From the NCBI RefSeq assembly GCF_009914755.1, contig NC_060930.1: 64,000 nt of DNA. One strand, 5' to 3'. Each line of letters opens with the position of its first letter. Position 1 is the first letter of the stretch. Origin of the DNA: the human T2T-CHM13v2.0 reference genome, Homo sapiens. The translations under genes were made by a program, and so were the position numbers. Positions 63,203 to 64,000 of the stretch are shown here, one piece after another. Below the pieces are notes generated by a model that made no database searches, was not told the DNA's origin, and saw only the letters and a list, made by a program, of their open reading frames with translations.

Positions 63203-64000
63203 TGGGAGATTTTTTATTACAGGTTCAATCTCAATATTCTTATTGATCTGTTCAGGTTTTGTATTTCTTCCTGGTTCAATATTGTTAGGTTGTATACGTC
63301 CAGGGATTTTTTTCATTTCCTATAGATTTTCCATTTTGTTGTATGGTTATTCATAGCCATCTCTAATAATCCTTTGTATTTCTGTGGTATCAATTATAAT
63401 TTTTTTGTTTCTAATTTATTTGTGTGAGTCTTCTCTGTTTTTTCCCTAGTCTAAGTAAAGACTGTCAATGTCGTTTATGTTTTCAAAAAGCCAACTTTTC
63501 ATTTTCTTGATCTTTTTTTTAGTTTTATTTTATGTTCTTATTTTTAATATTTATTTTTCTCTACTAATTTGGGCTTTGGCTTGTTTTTGCTTTTCCAATT
63601 CCTTGAGATGCATCATTCAGTCGTTTACTTGAAATCTTTTTACTTTTTTGGTGTAGGTACTTATTGCTATAAACTTCAACTTATTACTGCTTTTGCTATA
63701 TCTCATAGGTTTAGTCGTTTTAAGAAAGTTTTAAATTTCCTAATTAATTTCTTCATGAACTCATTGGTTGTTCAGGAGCATATTGGTTTAATTTCCATAT
63801 ATTTGTACCTTTCAAAAATTTCTCATTATTGATTTCAGTTTTAGTTCACTGATACAAGAAAAGATACTTGATAATTTCAATTTTAAAAAGGATTTGTTGA
63901 GACTTGTTTTATGATCTAACATGTGATTTATTCTGGAGAATGTTCCATGTGTTCATGAGAAGAATGTGAATTCTTCAGCTGTTGGATGAAATGCTTTGTA

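Overview
This is primate, very probably human, genomic DNA: AT-rich, CpG-poor and dense in Alu, L1 and MaLR elements. The first ~3.2 kb holds the last two coding exons and the 3' end of CENPW on the + strand. Exon 782-895 encodes VHLNCLLFVHRLAEESRTNACASKCRVINKEHVLAAAK and exon 3043-3069 encodes VILKKSRG*, followed by an ATTAAA poly(A) signal. The remaining ~61 kb has no supportable protein-coding gene. It contains large decayed L1 elements (mostly - strand), Alus, MaLR/ERV solo LTRs, DNA transposon relics (MADE1, MER5A, MER58, MER81, MER2, Tigger1), L2/MIR fragments and a few repeat-poor blocks that may be regulatory. The supplied ORFs I could interpret are L1, Alu or Tigger fragments, and the rest look like chance ORFs. 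I found no convincing new multi-gene system. The most notable unexplained signals are a 67-nt near-perfect palindrome of pre-miRNA size at 30690-30756, an AG|GT recursive-splice-like junction at the last CENPW exon, rearranged and nested L1s, and several local duplications with template-switch signatures. Repeat subfamily names come from recalled consensus similarity and need RepeatMasker/Dfam confirmation.
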